This document shows positions 36,405 through 38,269 of a stretch of DNA of 38,269 bases, in pieces. The position numbers were made by a program, and so were the translations under genes. Source of the stretch: Candidatus Anstonellales archaeon (GTDB lineage Archaea > Micrarchaeota > Micrarchaeia > Anstonellales > J096). Every line of letters starts with the position of its first letter. The stretch's first letter is position 1. The notes under the pieces were generated by a model that was not told where the DNA came from, made no database searches, and saw only the letters and a program-made list of their open reading frames with translations. The stretch is taken from assembly GCA_038740615.1 (NCBI GenBank), contig JAVYLQ010000004.1, positions 1-38,269 on the forward strand, in the 5' to 3' direction.

Positions 36405-38269
36405 ATGGTGTTCCTGCTATTATTACTAATATTCAGTTTCTATTCTTTTGCTCCTACTATAGGAGATGGTTGTAGTGGAGATAGTGGAATTGGTAATCCT
36501 ACGACATGTGAGTATATAAATCAGGAGCAAGATCCTAGCTCAGGAAGTAATAGTGAATCCGGTTCAGGTACTGGAAGCCCACAAGGAGGATCTGGAGGAA
36601 ATATAAATCCACTATCTTCATGTGATGCCTATGATTTGACTTCATTACAAAATGCGTTACAATCCTCTTCTTGTGTGATTGTGAATGTAGTAAATGATAT
36701 AGCCAGTAACAATCTTGTTACCATAACCTCTTCGACTGGAACTAATAAAATTGTTCAAGGTAATGGGAATACTATAACAAACGTCGTTTTTAATAAAGTT
36801 AGTGATAACTTTGAAGTGGACAATTTAATATTAATAAAAGGAGGGATTCGAGCTAGCTACTCTATAGGAAGAATTATTATAAATAGGGTGCATTTTTATG
36901 ACTCTTATATTAATATATGGGATCATGGCCCATTTGAAATAACTAATTCTAATTTTACAAGTATCTCTTATATAGAATTGAGTAATACATCGGGTTATAT
37001 TGAGAATATATCTTTTAGAAACGTTAATACTTCTAGAAGTCTTATCCGTATTTTATATTATTCTCCCCCACCTGCAGCTGGTTCTAATAAGATATTGATG
37101 AAAAACATTAGCTTCATTAATGTTACATCCACTAGCTCTGATGGAGGAATTCATATCTTCTATTATAGTTTTGGATATGGACAAATATGGAAATATTGCA
37201 CATTAATAGAGAATATATTGGTTTTGAATAGTTCGATGAACAGTCTGATTTATGCTAAATCAGAAAATATAAATGATGAACTTTGTATCAATGTTTCATA
37301 TGGAGAAATAAATAGTTCGAAATTTACTAATGGAATAGTTGTTGTAGAGAAATATTTGCATGAATTAAAAATACATAACCTAAAAATATATGAGGTTTTA
37401 GGGGGATTACTACGTCAACTTTATCAAGGATACCGTATTTATATTTTGATCTTATCTTCCAATATAATTAATGTTAATACTAGTAATAATATAATTGATA
37501 TTTCAAAAGTCCACATATTCCACATGTATAATAATTTTGTAAATGCTGAGAAGTCTAATTCTAATGTGATTTATGTATTTGAATGTACTGGAGGAGTCAA
37601 TAATTGTGATATCTATAATAATAGCTTTCATAATTACAAAAATTACTTATTTTATTTAACATCTGGGGGAACATATAAAATATATAATAATTATGTATTA
37701 ACACCCTATTCCAATAAAGTAGGTTACGGCCAATCTATTTTATTTTACAATAATTATGTAGTAGTAAATTATACAAACGATATAGAAATTGGAGCAATGA
37801 CAAACAGTTATTTAAACACTTCTCGACAACCAGGACCTTCTATAATAAATACCCCAGAAATAGGTGGGAATTGCTGGTCCAATATATCTTTGACACACGG
37901 GCCGTGCTATACTTGTACAGATGCAAATAATGATGGATTCTGTGATCAACCGTTCCAGCCAAATTCATATTCATCATTAATAGATTTGTTGCCTTTGCGA
38001 TACATGGGATTAAACGACAATACCCCCCCAGATGTTAATGTAACACATCCTGGTAATAGGGTTACTACTAGTTCTGTGAATGTGAATGTGAGTTTCAATC
38101 TCTGGGATGATATGGTGATAAGTAGATATGAGGTGTATCTGAATGGTAGTTTGGTGTTGGATAATACTTTAAGTGGTATCACTAATGGAACCTACAGTTA
38201 TCTGTTCCAGAATCTGGGTCCAGGTGTGTATAGTGTTAGAGTGGTTGTTTATGATTTGATGAATAATTC
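36405..38269 (+). CDS. Large secreted cell-surface glycoprotein: right-handed beta-helix (NosD/CASH-like) plus Ig-like domain; runs off the window end (missing from the ORF track)
   Basis: Manual translation open for 621 codons: signal peptide MVFLLLLLIFSFYSFA, G/S linker, YNN repeats, IGGNCWS..CTDANNDGFCDQP..DLLPL cap, then DNTPP.V....P..YLNG..G.Y.V.V...D...N; many NxS/T sequons. Confidence 0.85.
   Translation, partial: MVFLLLLLIFSFYSFAPTIGDGCSGDSGIGNPTTCEYINQEQDPSSGSNSESGSGTGSPQGGSGGNINPLSSCDAYDLTSLQNALQSSSCVIVNVVNDIASNNLVTITSSTGTNKIVQGNGNTITNVVFNKVSDNFEVDNLILIKGGIRASYSIGRIIINRVHFYDSYINIWDHGPFEITNSNFTSISYIELSNTSGYIENISFRNVNTSRSLIRILYYSPPPAAGSNKILMKNISFINVTSTSSDGGIHIFYYSFGYGQIWKYCTLIENILVLNSSMNSLIYAKSENINDELCINVSYGEINSSKFTNGIVVVEKYLHELKIHNLKIYEVLGGLLRQLYQGYRIYILILSSNIINVNTSNNIIDISKVHIFHMYNNFVNAEKSNSNVIYVFECTGGVNNCDIYNNSFHNYKNYLFYLTSGGTYKIYNNYVLTPYSNKVGYGQSILFYNNYVVVNYTNDIEIGAMTNSYLNTSRQPGPSIINTPEIGGNCWSNISLTHGPCYTCTDANNDGFCDQPFQPNSYSSLIDLLPLRYMGLNDNTPPDVNVTHPGNRVTTSSVNVNVSFNLWDDMVISRYEVYLNGSLVLDNTLSGITNGTYSYLFQNLGPGVYSVRVVVYDLMNN

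Noticed and set aside
16774..38182. Further shadow ORFs (16774-16959, 20663-20989, 21064-21303, 26631-26975, 28595-28822, 29981-30298, 31083-31364, 31531-31728, 33255-33443, 34001-34204, 34121-34324, 34443-34835, 35949-36329, 37946-38182)
   Set aside because: Nested in or antisense to longer, better-supported CDSs.
1..38269. CRISPR array, transposase, retroelement or additional C/D sRNAs
   Set aside because: No regularly spaced repeats or mobile-element motifs seen; other TGATGA words inspected lie in CDSs without properly spaced CTGA boxes. The search was by eye and not exhaustive.

Overview
AT-rich, very gene-dense archaeal chromosome segment. Compact spacers, mostly leaderless TTTAAA promoters, trimmed proteins and separate priL/priS suggest a DPANN-type archaeon, possibly Micrarchaeota-like; this placement is inference. 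Most of the window is housekeeping: valS (partial), MCM, DTD2, aCPSF1, the eL18-uL13-uS9-rpoN-uS2, uS15-eS1-NAC-eL15 and uL1-uL10-P1 clusters, TFB, primase, MtaB-type methylthiotransferase, proS, trxB, Trk/CorA/CaCA/AEC transporters, tRNA-Ser(GGA), an intron-containing tRNA-Cys(GCA) and a partial surface glycoprotein gene. The best signal is outside the ORF track. A canonical dual-guide box C/D sRNA (1835-1883) has both 12-nt guides complementary to the pre-tRNA-Cys encoded 32 kb away. One guide points at C39. The other pairs with a stretch of the tRNA intron that mimics a tRNA-Trp anticodon loop. Also notable: a likely degenerate class I LysRS paralogue, a circularly permuted uL1-binding leader over the rpl1 SD, a pair of orphan paralogues next to tRNA-Ser, and an orphan lycopene-cyclase-like gene coupled to SPFH/NfeD. 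No integrase, transposase or CRISPR array was seen. All family calls come from motif recognition by eye, not database searches.
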